The notes under the pieces were generated by a model, which was given only the letters and a program-made list of their open reading frames with translations, did no database searches and was not told the origin of the DNA. A stretch of 62,408 nt of DNA, counting the filler, from Circinaria calcarea (Eukaryota), in the NCBI GenBank assembly GCA_051942165.1. It is 33 parts of 33 records of this genome, joined end to end, with 100 filler letters (N's around TTAATTAATTAA, not from the genome) between each part and the next. Parts side by side here need not be neighbours in the genome. Positions count along the whole stretch, not along the records: positions 13,340 to 15,140 come from JAVECS010004210.1; positions 15,241 to 17,040 come from JAVECS010004211.1; positions 17,141 to 18,940 come from JAVECS010004212.1; positions 19,041 to 20,840 come from JAVECS010004213.1; positions 20,941 to 22,739 come from JAVECS010004214.1; positions 22,840 to 24,636 come from JAVECS010004215.1; positions 24,737 to 26,533 come from JAVECS010004216.1; 26 more parts are not named here. The stretch is one strand, 5' to 3'. Positions 13,611 to 25,388 of this stretch are shown piece after piece. Within the stretch, counting starts at the first letter, position 1; the number at the start of each line of letters is the position of its first letter. The position numbers and the translations under genes were made by a program.

Positions 13611-14224
13611 TCAACCTCCTCTCGGCCCTCTCTGTCCCCTCGCCCTATTCACCGTTGCCCTTCCTCTCGCCAGCCCAACACCTCTACCTTTCGATGTCCT
13701 CGATTTGAACATGGGCGCGTTCCTATTCGAGATATACACATTAGCCTCGGATTCTATTTCGTACCTTTTGATTATATCTTATGCTTCAATAAACACCATC
13801 TCCCGTACCTTAACATATCCGGCACGATAAAAAACCTAACATGACTCCCCCGAATGTAGACCTGATCCAAATGGCTCACACGCCCGTCGCGCGCGGTAAC
13901 GGTAATATCTTTGAGTTGGACGTTCATGTTGTCTTCGGCTGGTTGAGAGTTAGATACAGGATTCTCGATTGATAGTACGCTGGGGAGGAGAGGAGTAAGG
14001 AGCTAGTTGCTGCCGTTGTGTGATGAGAGGAGCGCACAAGGAAAGTACCTTCAAGGAGCCTGCCCCGGTAGACTTGACCAGAGGTAATTTCAAGGGTTAC
14101 GACATGGCCCTGTTGCGGTGTTAGAAAGATGTGTTTCTGGCTCTTAGAGCCAAGGGAGATTAAAGAGGCTGCATACCTGAGCTTCGTTGAGGAGCTTGAT
14201 GGGTATGCCAATTGTACTCGTCAT
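13611..14224 (-). CDS. SMD3: Small nuclear ribonucleoprotein Sm D3, complete; exons 14224-14177, 14109-14049, 13938-13809, 13722-13611
   Basis: Spliced translation [47 protein letters not shown]...[21 protein letters not shown] followed by an RG-rich tail. Confidence 0.97.
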
Positions 14225-14452
14225 GGTCGAACGGTTCAGAGTACAGAAATTATATCAATGGTCGATCGATTGACTCTTGGGACAATGAGAGGCCTCGGCG
14301 TGTACAGAAATACTGTTTCTGGACTATCAAAAGTGATCGACCGCTACGAAGCGAAACATATAGGGCTGCGCTAGCGTTTCTTCTGTCGAACCATTGAATC
14401 AGATAATGGCTGCCATATAACAGACTGCTACAAAGTGTTGCTATAGAATTCG

Positions 14453-15140
14453 ATGAATATTTCTGCTACTCTAAATATCTTCCGACTCATCCGTGACCCT
14501 GCCCTTTGTCTACCACATTCTACCATCTCCAACTTCAACCATCTACCAGTGCCCATTTCCAAGGCTTTTATTCGAGGAGAGAAGGGGCAGGAACCCGACA
14601 TAAGGGCCGTAGTGCTCGATAAAGATAACTGCTTTGCGAAGCCCAAGGAAAATGTCGTTTACGAAGCATACACTGTAAGCTCAGGAATCTACATACAAGA
14701 AATCATTCCACCATTTCAATGTTTGCGTTGGGCATTACCTGTAAAGCCATAAGAACTCTCGGTTTATGCGGCGTCATGTCTACATTGACATCTATCTGTT
14801 TCACCTCCTATTGTCTTTCGACATGAAATTAATGCCAATGTAGGAGAAATTCAAGGCCCTTCGCGCAGCATATCCAGGGTCGCGCCTTCTAATCGTCAGT
14901 AACTCAGTCGGCACAGGGGATGATCCAGGTGGAAAGCAGGCCGAGATCCTCGAAAAGGCTACGGGCGTAACTGTGCTTCGGCATTCTACTAAAAAACCAG
15001 GTTGCGGGCCTGAAGTGCTCTCATACTTTCGTAATTTACCCAATTCAAAAATCACGAAGCCTAGTCAAATCGCCATAGTCGGCGATAGACTCTTCACAGA
15101 CGTTATGATGGCCAACATGATGGGTTCCTGGAGCGTCTGG
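14453..15140 (+). CDS. GEP4: Mitochondrial phosphatidylglycerophosphatase (HAD, YqeG-like), 3' truncated, one intron
   Basis: HAD motifs VVLDKDNC, LIVSNSVG, KKPGC and IVGDRLFTDVMMAN. Confidence 0.92.
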
Positions 15141-15349
15141 NNNNNNNNNNNNNNNNNNNNNNNNNNNNNNNNNNNNNNNNNNNNTTAATTAATTAANNNN
15201 NNNNNNNNNNNNNNNNNNNNNNNNNNNNNNNNNNNNNNNNCCCCCCCCCCCCGGCGTCCGTGTATGATAGCTGGGAGTTTTTTTGGGGGTGGGGGTGGTT
15301 GTTTTCCAGACCAAATACTCCCGTTACCATAGCCAAAGGGCCCAAAGTC

Positions 15350-15423
15350 CTAAATCCCAAGTCCCAAATCCCAAATCCCAAGTCCCAAATCCCAAGTCCC
15401 AAATCCCAAGTCCCAAATCCCAA
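15350..15423 (+). repeat. (TCCCAAA/TCCCAAG)n heptamer microsatellite, about 10 units
   Basis: Read directly from the sequence. Confidence 0.93.
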
Positions 15424-16050
15424 CATTTGCGCTTTCTTTGCCAAAAAAAATCCGAACCAAATCAAATCAAATCGAAATGGTAACTGTAACTGCGATTCTC
15501 CCCATCATTAATAGATGGATGGAAAGGGAGTTTTTATACAGACCCTCTCGATCGATCGATCGGATCTTGGTACGCGGGTGAACCCTTAAGAAAAAAAGGA
15601 AAAAAAGCAGAAAAAAATATAGTGCAGATGTTACCATACCTACCGACTTATAATACTCACCGACCGTAGTTTCTTGCCCGACTAACAGTAGGCGGAAGAC
15701 GCTTTCCCCCCCCCCCCCCCGGTAGCCCAGGCCTTCATCATAAATTTAGGGGGCTAATTTTTATGTTGATTAATTATGGTGGGTAAATAAATCATGTCCG
15801 ATTTTTTTGTCACCCGGTTGCTTGGGTATGAGTAAGAGTTTGAGGAGGGGCATATCGATACATTATTGTTGGGATTTGGAGGAGCTTGGAAGATATTTTA
15901 ATCTATATCCAATCGCTTTAACCTCCACAACTCTACTATATTATAGACCCCCTCGCGCCATTTTATTCCTCCTTCCGATATCGTACATGTTCCCTTGGTC
16001 GCCTACTTTCGCCTTCTACTTCTACTTCTCTCTAACCTATCAATTACAAC

Positions 16051-17040
16051 CTAAACATTCATCCAAGCCCCTCCTGCGGCAAACAAAGCCGCCGCTCCCA
16101 TGGCTCCAGTGCGCAAGGGCGCAAATGCTGCCGCAGTTGAGCTTGACGAAGATGTGGCGGCGGCAGAAGCAGAAGATGCACCAGCTCCTGCTCCACCCCC
16201 AAGTGTCGATGTAGGGACAGCGACTCCAGAGGTAAACGGGACATCGGAGGAGACGGCGGTAGCGCCGGAAAAGGCGACCGACTGACTGGTGGCAGTAGGG
16301 TCAGGCGTTGCGGATGTCGCGTTAGGGTTTAGAACACTGCGGGTGGGGAAGGATGTTAATGGGAGGTAAAGCAAAGGAGGGCAGGGGTAGGATTTACTTG
16401 TCAATGACATGAACGACTCCATTAGCAACAAGGACGTCTGGTAAGATAACCCTGGCACTGTTTACAAACACGCTCCCGTTATTGATGGTAACCGTGAGTT
16501 GTCCCCCATTCATGGCTGTGAGCTGGGTGCCGTTGGTAAGCATAGAGCTATAACCGACAGTTCCATTGACGACTGAAAAGACTTAGTGTCATGTATGGTT
16601 TATTTTAAAATGGGAGGGAGATTACCATGATATGTGAGGATTCCGGTTAATTGCTCCATGGTCAAATTGCCCACAGCTGAGCCGATGGCTGCAAACGCAG
16701 CGTTGTTTGGCACAAAGACTGTAAGGTCCGTGGCGGTATCGACCGCCTCTACAAGGTTAGCACTCGTGAGAGCACCAGCCGCAGCACTGAGGCCTGCAGC
16801 AACCGCAGTTGAAGAGATGTTTTGTGGTACCGTCAGGACGCTGCCAATAGGGAAGGGTGTCAGTGGTAGTTTGGGTTAATCGGGATGTGTGTAGGACTTA
16901 CGTGTCAATGACATGGATAACGCCCCCAGTGAAGTTAACGTTCTAAGAGATCAGCACGAGACATCATAGGAGAATGAGACGACTCACAGCTTGGGTAACG
17001 GTGGAGTTTTGGAGGAGGCCTGAGAAGAATGTAACATTGT
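16051..17040 (-). CDS. Fasciclin (FAS1) domain cell-surface protein, 5' truncated, multi-exon, likely GPI-anchored
   Basis: GVIHVID, LTVFVPNNAAF, ILTYH and NGVVHVID motifs; Ser/Thr-rich stalk; hydrophobic C-terminus. Confidence 0.9.
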
Positions 17041-18423
17041 NNNNNNNNNNNNNNNNNNNNNNNNNNNNNNNNNNNNNNNNNNNNTTAATTAATTAANNNN
17101 NNNNNNNNNNNNNNNNNNNNNNNNNNNNNNNNNNNNNNNNTGGGCTATAGGATTTTATCTTGCAAAGGACAACTCGCTTGTCAAAATATGTCTGTCTTCG
17201 CATATATCTATGGGGACCCCGAAATCCAAAAAGATCCCAAGGTGTCCAGCCAGCATGAGTTCGAGTTCTGCTTTGATAAGCTGCTTTCTCTCGTTTCGGC
17301 GAGTCGGTGATTGATGGAGCGATATTTGATCGTTCCACGCGATAGCTTCTCCATATAAGGACCAAAATGGTGTGAGTGCACTTGGGTGTGGGTTACGATT
17401 TCACACGGACCCGGACCTCAGGTCATTACTAGATCGATAAGGGCGATGATGCTGAGGGAAAATTCACTGTGTATTAGTTTATTACCATGTTGCTACCATA
17501 GAGGCGTTCTAGAAGGCTTAAGCTTCTTGCACTCGAGTGGAGTCTGTCATGGGAGTACGGTAAACACGCTTTCTGTTTATAATTTATTTACCACGGTTGT
17601 TACTGACCTGGTCTTGAACAGCCGTTCATGATTCTAACATGGTCATCACGTATCCTTATCTCGAGGCCTATGACGAAGCGAAGGTGATGTCGTTCTTTGG
17701 ACTATCGAAGGGGGAAGCCCCTTCCGAAAGGGCCACATGGGCTTCATGTACGGACGATCAAGCACGCTCCCGGGCCTAATGCGAGCTACGCAGATGTGGT
17801 TAATCTTCTCAATTATTCTGGTACGGCTACGGCAGGGGAGCCTGCAAATCTATAGTTTAGACTCAGGTTGCAAAGGTCTCGGAGAAGGTATTTGAGGTTT
17901 TGCAACTCTATTTCTGTTCAGATGAAGCAGTGAATAGCTTTCTATATGGACGACCCCAGCCCCTATGCCAGTACCTACATCTGCAAATACGCCCTCCCGC
18001 CTCCAGAGATTCTCTTCCACGAGCCTTTTGGCTTACCGGTTGATGTTTGGACGATGGGTCCCATCTTACTCAAACTTGCCAGTCACAACCGTGATTAGGT
18101 TAAGCATTTGTACAGCGATCGACCAACGCCTGCGACAAAGCTGCTGGGCAACCGCAAGTACTCGGGCGAGCTTCCCCCGAATGGAGCTTCCGCGACTATT
18201 AGAGCAGGCTGCTCGCTGGTAAGATATGCTTTGGGAAATACTCTGTTGTGAGATACATGTTATTAATGTAATCCAGATAAATGGTATTGCTCGAATAAAC
18301 ACATCATACTTTCAAGTATGTACCTTGCCTTGATTTGGTGGTAGATCTCCTGAACACCAGAGATTACATGATAATCATTGCTCAAGTGATCCTCTCTCTT
18401 GGTGATACGCAGTGCTAGCGCCT

Positions 18424-18939
18424 TTAGAGATCATCCACGCTGACAACCTTCTTCTGCTCATACTGTGCAGGCACAATATCTGGGTTTTTGAATAATTTTC
18501 TAGAGATTTGGTTTTGGCGTATGGTAACAATCTCAGGTTCCGTTTGGCACCTGATACGCGGACGGAAGGTTTTGTTGATACCAAAGAGATCCACATTGAA
18601 GCGAGCTTGGATGAAGCCAACTGAAAGGCGGCCCACAGCGGGATTCGTCCTGTCGTTGGGTAGGATGTACGGTATATCGTCGTCATAATGGATGCGTTCG
18701 CTTCCATCATCATTTGCAGGCCAAAAGTTATGTATCATGTAGATTGCACCGGGACCGTTCGTAATATCCATCACAAGCACGAATCCAGTTCTTTCGACCC
18801 CTTTAGAGGGATTTGGATCGACGGGAGGTTTTGCTTCGTAGCGGTCAACTGACCCAAGTTGTACGAATATGCTGAGCGGAGGGTAGTTGTGGTGTATCTC
18901 TTTCCCCCTACCGTATCTCAGAACGTCATGCCCAGCGTA
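18424..18939 (-). CDS. Hypothetical protein, 5' truncated
   Basis: Frame is open from the contig end for ~170 codons with globular-looking composition. No recognised family. Confidence 0.45.
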   Translation of the reverse strand, partial: YAGHDVLRYGRGKEIHHNYPPLSIFVQLGSVDRYEAKPPVDPNPSKGVERTGFVLVMDITNGPGAIYMIHNFWPANDDGSERIHYDDDIPYILPNDRTNPAVGRLSVGFIQARFNVDLFGINKTFRPRIRCQTEPEIVTIRQNQISRKLFKNPDIVPAQYEQKKVVSVDDL

Positions 18940-19688
18940 GNNNNNNNNNNNNNNNNNNNNNNNNNNNNNNNNNNNNNNNNNNNNTTAATTAATTAANNNN
19001 NNNNNNNNNNNNNNNNNNNNNNNNNNNNNNNNNNNNNNNNTTCGTCTTCCCAGCCATCTTCAGCATCGCATCACGACGCTTCCTCTCTACAGCATTCTTG
19101 TCAAGGCTAGACCTTCTCCTTCATTCTTCTGTCTTATATTGCTGTCTTGCCTGCGGCGGACCGACTGTCCTTTAGACGTACAACTACGTTCACTGCAGCA
19201 TCACCGTCCTTAGGTTTTTCCTCGAGGTGAGTTTCTTTATTGTCACACTGGCGCCTTACCGCAAAGACTCAGGTTGTCCGGAACAATGAATAAAGGGTTT
19301 GTCATATTACGGGAAGCTATTCACAGCATTCACCGAACGACAAAGCTCATTGTTCATACGAGGCCCGGTTGAATATCTGACCCGACTCCCATTCATCCCT
19401 CGGTCATCCTCCACTATAACTCTCAACTTTACTCTGCACCTTCTTTGATCCACTGCACCTTCTCGTACGCTCTGTTACTCCACCAGCGTTGATCGCTAAT
19501 TTCGACATCCATAGATCCATCTGGACGTGTCTCTACACACCTATCCCAGTCGGTACATATATAGACCAACATCTCCTGGCGAGATTATCTGTACGACTCT
19601 ACGATCTTTACATACCAAGACTACACGTCACCCATCAAGATCAAAGCATCAACAAAGAGATCTTCCGGCAAGATCAACACTACATAAC

Positions 19689-20840
19689 ATGCCTTTCACC
19701 AAGACCTTCCTTTTGGCTGCGGCTGCTACGCTGTTTGCTACGACCAACGCGCATATGATCATGAAGACACCAACACCCTTTGGCAAACCTACGAGTTCTC
19801 CCCTGGACAAAACCGGATCAGATTTTCCATGTAAAGAGACCGTATACGATGCCTCGGGAATCAGCAACATCATGCCTATCGGCGTCAACCAAACACTCTC
19901 ATTTACCGGTAGCGCCGTCCATGGAGGAGGTTCCTGTCAGATTTCTCTGACAACCGACAAGAAGCCGAACAAGGCAACAAAGTGGATGGTCATCCATTCT
20001 ATCGAAGGTAGCTGTCCATCAAGTGCTTCAGGAAACTTACCGGAAGATCCGAGTGGAAACGGCGCAGACAAATTCCAGTACTCAATCCCTGAAGGCATTG
20101 AACCTGGTCAGTACGTTCTCGCATGGACATGGTTCAACCACATTGGCGATCGCGAAATGTACATGAATTGTGCGCCCGTCACCGTTACCGGTGGCTCGGG
20201 CAAACGAGACACCCCACGAGTCGAAGCCACAGAGTTATCGGGCCTTTCCAAGCGCGCTTCATCGTTTCCACCCATGTTCGTTGCCAACATTGGCAATGGA
20301 TGTAAGACTATCGAAGGCAAAGATACCATATTCCCGGAGCCTGGTGCGTCTGTTGAGAGGCTTGCTAAATCGCCTGACGATTACATCATGCCGGATGGGA
20401 CCTGCGCCACTGGCGGATCACCTTCGGGCAGTCCTATTGAGGGAAACGCTCCCCCAGCTGCGTCGAGCGGCGGTTCCGCGGCAGCTCAGCCCAGCATAGG
20501 TGGTGTCTTCAACCAAGGCGCTACCATACAAATCTCTACTTCCACCGCCGCCCCTCCCGTCGCCACCGTTTTCGCCAGCGATATTCCGACCGCCGTCCCA
20601 ACCAGCTCATCCACTGCTTCAGCTGCTCCGGCTGCTAGTGCCGATAGCCCTTCCGTATCTGCAGCGACTGTAACGGGCACGGCTTCCTGCACAACACCAG
20701 GACAAGGCGTCTGTTCGCCCAACGGAAAGATGATTGGAATGTGCGATGCGACCAGCCACGTTGTGTTTATGCCTGTCGCCCCGGGCACGGTGTGCTCCAA
20801 CGGCCAGATGATTATGGCACCGGCAGCGGGCAAAAGAAGT
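19689..20840 (+). CDS. AA11 lytic polysaccharide monooxygenase with C-terminal Cys-rich module, 3' truncated
   Basis: Signal peptide followed by His1 (TNA|HMIM); DFPCK, GSAVHGGGSCQ and LAWTWFN...EMYMNCA; Ser/Ala linker; four-Cys tail module. Confidence 0.92.
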
Positions 20841-22102
20841 NNNNNNNNNNNNNNNNNNNNNNNNNNNNNNNNNNNNNNNNNNNNTTAATTAATTAANNNN
20901 NNNNNNNNNNNNNNNNNNNNNNNNNNNNNNNNNNNNNNNNGAAGAAGGAAGAGGGAGGATGGGTGAGAACGTTCATAACCAATACGCGGCCCCCCCTTCC
21001 TCTTCCCCAAGTTTAATAAAGTCCTCGCCTCTTTGCGAAAGGCCTGTTCTTTACTTACTGCCCATCAATATCAACATTCAATATTCAACTCGACACCCTC
21101 CCCCCCAGGGTCCGTTCCAAACCAGCCCTCTCCCTCCTACCAGAAGTCAGCAGCAGCCCGGGGGATCCATTCCATTCCCAACCCAGCAAAAGAGAAAAAA
21201 AGAAAAAAATTCCCAAATCCAAATCCAAATCCAAATCCAAATCCGGAATCCATCCCATCCCATCTCAGGAAGGAAGGGATCCCCTTGCCCCTTTCCCTCC
21301 GCCTCCACCTCCGCCTCCGCTTCCGCTAGAAAGCTAGCTCGGGGCCCCCTTTTTACGTAGTTATGTATTTACAAATCACAAAAATTGAAAAATCACACAC
21401 ACACACAGCCAGCAATCCCACCCGTACGGGCGAGATCCCAGACACCCATTTATTCTGCCGAGAGCGTGGCGATTCACATTTTTCCATTTCAAAGAAACGA
21501 AACCCAGGAGTAATGATATTACGTGTCTTCAAGGGAAAGTTCTAAGGTACAAAGAGTCTTCGAGGAAAAAGGAAGAAGACGAAGAAGAAGAAGGAGGGAG
21601 AGCCAACACATCCAGGGGTTGTTGGTGTCTGACACCCTCCCCGCCCCCAGCCCCCCTTTATCTTCGCAATACCGATTCCGAATGGACCTGCAGGCCAAGT
21701 TCGAGGAAAAGTGTGGCTGCTGCGTGGGATATCAAAGGTGATGTAAGTTTAAAAGGAGGTTGATGAGTCGAAATCGACCTGATGCTCCATGCTTGCATAC
21801 CGTATGGGAGTTGGAAACCGCCCCTCGGGCATTCATCTTCCAAGCGTCTCAACACTGTTTCCACCAACCCATCAACTCGACGCTCGCCTCAATTCAGTAA
21901 AATAGATGCTTAGGCAACCACTCGCGTGTTCAACACCGGATAGCATACCATCCACCTCGGCCACCGAAGTCGTTTTGACCATGGTTCCCTCTCAGGGCTA
22001 TGGCAGCATCTGCTTGCATAAGAAACAACATAAAACGCCAAGGGTCTCTCAAAGTTCAACATGTTGTTCCCTCACAGCATCTTTCAACACCTCACATTCG
22101 GG

Positions 22103-22739
22103 TTACCAGTAATCGACATAGTCGCCCCAGCCTTCGCTCCCAGGTCCCGGCGGCTGTCCCAAGCCCATATAAGGTGGTTGTGGTTGTACACCTGGCCCAT
22201 TCATCTCACCTACGTTTCTGTCATCTTGACCATTTCTGTTTTCATTGCCATATCCATCAAATGGATCTCTAGCAAACACATCCATATCATATGGATACCC
22301 CGTCAATGGACCTATAGGATGTTGAATAGTGTGTTCCCGTTGCGGAGGGACAAGTTGGGGAAGCGGGGCAAAGTCATGCCGAGTTCGTCGATTGGTAGGC
22401 CGTTGTCGGGTATTAGCACGCCTTAGTGTAGGAATTTCTTGGCCGATCCGGTCTAACTCTTCAGCTGCCGCACTGAGTATCATTCCAACCGGCGCTGCTC
22501 TGTTAGGTGTTGTTCTAACAGGTCCTGCTCCTTCATATACTCTACCAAGTGTTGCCATACCGCGTGCTGCCAGGTCACGTCTTGCTCTGGCAGGCGACAG
22601 CCTAGGAAGTGGTATTACTGGTGGCATAGCATTGGCTATGCCTTGATATGCCTCACGAAACTGTTCGTGGCGTGCCATTACCCCGTCACGGTAATCGCGC
22701 ATTCTTTGTGCCACGTCCGCATTATGGGCTTCCATTCGG
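22103..22739 (-). CDS. Hypothetical protein C-terminus, 5' truncated
   Basis: ORF of 210 codons running to the contig end; no family recognised. Confidence 0.5.
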
Positions 22740-23385
22740 NNNNNNNNNNNNNNNNNNNNNNNNNNNNNNNNNNNNNNNNNNNNTTAATTAATTAANNNNN
22801 NNNNNNNNNNNNNNNNNNNNNNNNNNNNNNNNNNNNNNNTTCAAATCCCCCCCGCCCAAAAAAAAACTTCCTAGAACTCTTTCACATATATCTCAGGTCG
22901 GACTGACTCGTTTCTTTCCATAATCGCATATCCCTCCTAGATTAGTAATTTCCCCAAGCCCCATCTGTCTGTCGGGGAAACTATATTTTCAACATGTGTA
23001 GTTTTTTTTTTTAAAGCGATGATTAGGTAGGCCGCTTTTGCAATGCTATATCGTTGGAAATTTGCCTGTCTCTAAACACCCATATATACCCCTTGTACGT
23101 TACGTTACAACAGCCATCCTTCCTTATGACAGGACGGCAAAAGAGTGGCTTCGAGAACCCCCCCCCCTTTTTTTGGGGGTTGGGGGGGGGGGGCGGACAT
23201 ACCATACTTTGATCTCTACCATAGCCCAAGTACCATAAGGCCGTTGGGCGTTTTTGCCCAAGTGTGTGCACAAAAAAGGGGGTCATTATCCTCGAGGAGG
23301 AGGGTGTTTTTCAATATGGTACGAGAGCCGGGTGCCGGGTTACCAGTACATGGGGGATCTGGCGATCTTCGATCTCGTTAAATCA

Positions 23386-23414
23386 GTAGGTAGGTAGGTA
23401 GGTAGGTAGGTAGG
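23386..23414 (+). repeat. (TAGG)n microsatellite
   Basis: Read directly from the sequence. Confidence 0.9.
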
Positions 23415-24308
23415 GGAGAAGAAAAAAAAATCCTGTTCGGGGGGGAGTTTTGCAAAGAAAGCGTACCTTATTGAGAACGATCTATCGAAATTATTATGGT
23501 AGTCGATCTATGAAATAAATATGAGACGCCAAAGTAAAATAGGGAGATATGTATCTCCAAGACGGTTTTGCTAGCCAGCCAGCCGAATGGATTTCGTGAA
23601 GCAGTACCGAGCCCCGGAGGAGAGAAGGCATGCGCTGAGGAAAGGAGGCAGGAGGGCGAAGAGCTATAAAGCAAGCAAGCAAGCTCCATTGCTTCGATCT
23701 TATTGTGATTAGAACTTGGAAAGGAAAGCTTTTAAAAACATAGTCGTAGGTTTAGGGGAAGAGGCGTGGTTGAATATGGTCGCATAGCAGAGTTCAGTTC
23801 TTAGGGTTGGGAGAGTTATGGAGGTCAAGGACGAGGCAGCTGTACGCGAACGGGGTTTTCCAGATACTTTGCGAATATCCTTTTCACTAATACGAGAACT
23901 CTAGGTACCAGGTGTAAAAAGGCGAGGTTCACAGGACATGTTGAATTGATAGATTAATTGTCATTGGCTTCCGTCCTTTTTTGATATTATTTCCCGCCTT
24001 CGTAATCCCATGAAAGCCTTTGGGCGCGCGTCCCTGGCGGCTGCTATACATCTCCAAACTCAATTTACACCTTTCCAAGCGTACGCGAAATGGGGTATAT
24101 GTACACGCCGAAAGACCAAAAATAAACCATCAAAAGTGTTGAAAATGTGTGTTGGTGTATATATTCAAGGAATAGAAGGAAAAGAGAGAAGAAATTGAGA
24201 TGAAGTAGGATTCAGGAATGGGAGTGCAACATCCGTGTGGAGAGTTGCTTCGAAAATCGGGTTAAACCCTTTTTAGAGAATCGGCTGCAAGGTACGCGAC
24301 CGTATCGA

Positions 24309-24636
24309 TCAACGATCCTCGACCTGCAACCTCTTATTCACGCCATCCTGCATCTTCCTCAGCACCTCCCGATGCGCCTGCAGCATATCCTCCCTTCGCA
24401 TAGCCTGATCCCACGCATGATTCCTTACATTCTTCGTCATCGCCTCCCTCTCCTTCAGCATGGACTCCCGGTACTTTTGTTTCATCAACTCCGCCCTTTT
24501 GGCTTCTGCCTCGTGATGTGGGAGTTGAGAAGTTGCAAAGTCTTGTTGAAGTGATGAGCGCCATGCTGCGAGCATGGAGTCACGCTGGGCAGCAGGGTCG
24601 GTGAAAGAGCGTGGGGGATTGTTGTGCGAAGGCGGG
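24309..24636 (-). CDS. Conserved fungal hypothetical protein, helical C-terminus, 5' truncated
   Basis: LAAWRSSLQQD...WDQAMRREDMLQAHREVLRKMQ. Confidence 0.6.
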
Positions 24637-24736
24637 NNNNNNNNNNNNNNNNNNNNNNNNNNNNNNNNNNNNNNNNNNNNTTAATTAATTAANNNNNNNN
24701 NNNNNNNNNNNNNNNNNNNNNNNNNNNNNNNNNNNN

Positions 24737-25388
24737 AATCTGCCACCGCAAACCGCCACCGCAGAACTCGTGATCCCATCGGGTTGTTTGCAAATTGAAC
24801 ACTGCTTGAGCCAGAGCTAACCAGGAGGGCTCACCGGGAGGTGGATCCGGAAATTTCAGCTCTGCTGCCGTCATGACTGAAAACGCCCAAAAGGCTTGAT
24901 CGTCATTGCCCTATGCACGTTTAGCAATAATCACGTATGAAATGAAACTCTTCGGCTTGTAATCACCAGAGATTTTGTCTGATTAGGCGGCATGTAATCG
25001 TCATATGGTCCAACCTGAAACAGGAGTGCCTGGGTAACCAGGTCATTGTACGTGTCGTCCCCAGTCAGGTACCAATACTCTATCAAGATTCCAAACATAG
25101 CACCGGCCTCCCACCAGAAATACGGTCCTGGTAACAGACCGGGGATCTGACCGGTCTCGTTGCCATTATAGAACGACACCATACCATGCGCCGCGTTTCT
25201 AGCAGCCGCCTTTATCGAATCTACAAGTACCACGGTGTGGTTAGCTTTCGGATACGGCCAATACGGAATAATATGGTCAGCAGCATACCCGTATTGGCAA
25301 TGTCGAGTGTTAGAGCATTGATGCCATGTCCACCAAGCAACAAAATCCCCAAGGCTCCCAGAAGAGGAAGTTTCCCACAAAGATGCAT
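24737..25388 (-). CDS. GH76 alpha-1,6-mannanase/transglycosylase (Dfg5/Dcw1 family), 3' truncated
   Basis: Signal peptide; [11 protein letters not shown], catalytic GNDDQAFW and CGGGLRWQI; two introns. Confidence 0.95.

Noticed and set aside
15193..15511. NPKSQIP-repeat ORFs or a telomere-like tract
   Set aside because: Heptamer microsatellite; not TTAGGG and internal to the contig.
19527..19688. N-terminal extension of the AA11 ORF
   Set aside because: The signal peptide and His1 geometry require the ATG at 19689.
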